A model generated the notes under the pieces. It worked only from the letters and a program-made list of their open reading frames with translations, was not told the origin of the DNA and did not search any database. Of a stretch of DNA of 64,000 nt, positions 62,110 to 64,000 are shown piece by piece. Numbering within the stretch: position 1 is the stretch's first letter; the number at the start of each line of letters is the position of its first letter. Source of the DNA: Eledone cirrhosa (lineage: Eukaryota); contig OZ024748.1 in the NCBI GenBank assembly GCA_964016885.1, forward strand, positions 45,880,001 through 45,944,000. Reading direction: 5' to 3'. Position numbers and translations under genes: made by a program.

Positions 62110-62972
62110 GTTTTATACATAACAGTGGATATAGAGAAAAGGTCAAGTTGGAAATAGCACGGAAAATATATTTAAGGGTCTGTTTTTCTTTTTTTATCCT
62201 TTCTTTGATTCATCAAAGTGACATTGAAAAGATGCCATTATTGAAAAAATGAGAGGGACAATTTTTTAAAGAAAAGTTTTATAATGTATATAAAGTATTT
62301 TAAATATTACTGGTTTCGATGTATTATTAAAATTCATCTTATCAAATGTTGAGTATTGAAATAAAAAATTAAAAAGGATTAATAGGAGTTAAACATTAGA
62401 AATTAAAGATTTAGAATTAAAATCAATATGTTGGAGTAAGTTATTTTTCCCATCTTTCTTGTTCAAAATTTGGCTGGAGAATAAGTTTTTGTTAATAGAG
62501 AGGTGGTAGTGAAGATAGCAGCAACTATGTTTCTTCACAGAACAAAGTTGTTTCTTGGGGGTAAAGGAAACATCCTGTAAATATGTGTGTGTATATCTAA
62601 TTGTGTTAATTGACTGTTCAAAAGTTCAAAAGGGAATTGTAAGCTAGAGGTAAATTCTTTGGCAGCAGCAGGAGTGTAAGAGAAATTCTATTATTGGAAT
62701 ATGGTTTTAGGGAGTGTGTATATATATATATATATATATAGTATGAGGGTGTATATATATAACAATACACACATGTGTGTGGGGGGTTTTTTCAGCTTGG
62801 GGTGAGGGTGAGGTGGGTGGGTTTACTGGGAAATTAAAAAAGTTTTTTCTTCAAAATTCAAAAAAATTCCCCAAACTTATAGCTTCCTTCAAAATTGTGG
62901 GGGTTTGTGGTGTGTGTGTTTTTCACCCATAACGAGATCTTCTGAAACTCTGGGTTATATATATATATATAC

Positions 62973-63003
<31 letters not shown>

Positions 63004-63007
63004 TATA

Positions 63008-63192
63008 GAAACGAGTAGGACCCCGACCGCTGAGCTCAAGCCGTTTCGACATTTTAGTCCAGAATTAGCCGTCGAAACGGCTTGAGCTCAGCCGTCGGGG
63101 TCCTACTCGTTTCTATTACCCACTCTACTACTCTAAGTATTGAGTACTTTGGTGCGTTATGGTCCACCTGGTTCCTTACCACATTTCCTCCG

Positions 63193-63196
<4 letters not shown>
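63008..63196 (+). mobile_element. Fold-back pLTR fragment, family F
   Basis: Near-identical to the reverse complement of 5746-5935. Confidence 0.72.
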
Positions 63197-63245
<49 letters not shown>

Positions 63246-63261
63246 TTTATATACATATATA

Positions 63262-63824
63262 TGGTGGCTGCCAACTCGTTTTCGAGTGTACGGCCACTAC
63301 TTTATATCCATGTAGGAGAACCCCGACCGATGCGCCGAACGAGTGTGACATTTTAGTCCAGCCAGCGACTTGAAAACTCTGGTACAAACACTACACTTGT
63401 GACAATTATTGACACATAGTGCTGGGCCCATGGTACCATGTGACGACAAGTGCAGAGATATCTCCAGATATAAAGCAATGCCTGTGCCGTGAAGCTTTTA
63501 TAGTGAGCAAAGGCACTCCACAAAGCCAGTCCCACTCTCTTAACCAAGATTATATTTACCAAAAAGAAGAACAAGTCAACATCATTGGATACCATCAGAG
63601 TTGCAGGTGTTATATCAGAGTTTTCCTTCTAGAATTCTGCCTTGACAAAGGCTAAGGGGTCATCTCTCCCGGTGATTTTGGATGGCCATTGACTCTTAAG
63701 AGCTCCTTTGCCCTTTGACATGTTTTGTTTTTAGTCCTGCAGGATGTCCAAAGTCACCCTCCTCACCAAGAAACCTTGGTGGGGTTGCCAGTTTAGTCGC
63801 CAACGACCCGACCATGAGACATGT
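63262..63824 (-). mobile_element. ~600-bp retroposon, copy 4
   Basis: Reverse complement of 9408-10016. The 5' end is rearranged. Confidence 0.8.
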
Positions 63825-63918
63825 ACATGTATCCCTGTACATATATATATATACATATATACATGTATATATGACTATGTATCCCAGTATATATATATAT
63901 ACATATATACATATATAC

Positions 63919-64000
<82 letters not shown>

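Overview
This is AT-rich animal (eukaryotic) genomic DNA, most likely a coleoid cephalopod such as octopus; that call is an inference from a recurrent tRNA-derived SINE I recognise. No host exon can be supported, and almost every ORF in the track is a microsatellite artefact. The window is a scaffold of (TA)n/(TG)n/(TATC)n tracts packed with retroelements. There are six Penelope-like element (PLE) coding remnants with GIY-YIG and CNC..CPL..CL/CxLC motifs (YRDD-type RT preserved in four; Naiad-like), many solo or fold-back pLTR palindromes, two Tx1/L1-like LINE fragments in (TATC)n, RTE fragments, four copies of a ~600-bp retroposon, mariner MITEs, a Helentron-like element, SINEs and satellites. 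The main hidden signal is about 19 type I hammerhead ribozyme motifs with canonical cores plus several variants, all folded by eye. These include giant stem-II versions, a probable U3-A8 covariant, and two ORF-less retrozyme-like units flanked by direct repeats. Also notable: palindrome centres that fall inside the ribozyme, a TTGAGTRC-like motif shared near unrelated pLTR 3' ends, convergent RT truncation points, and a 17-bp minisatellite built from consensus 5' splice sites.
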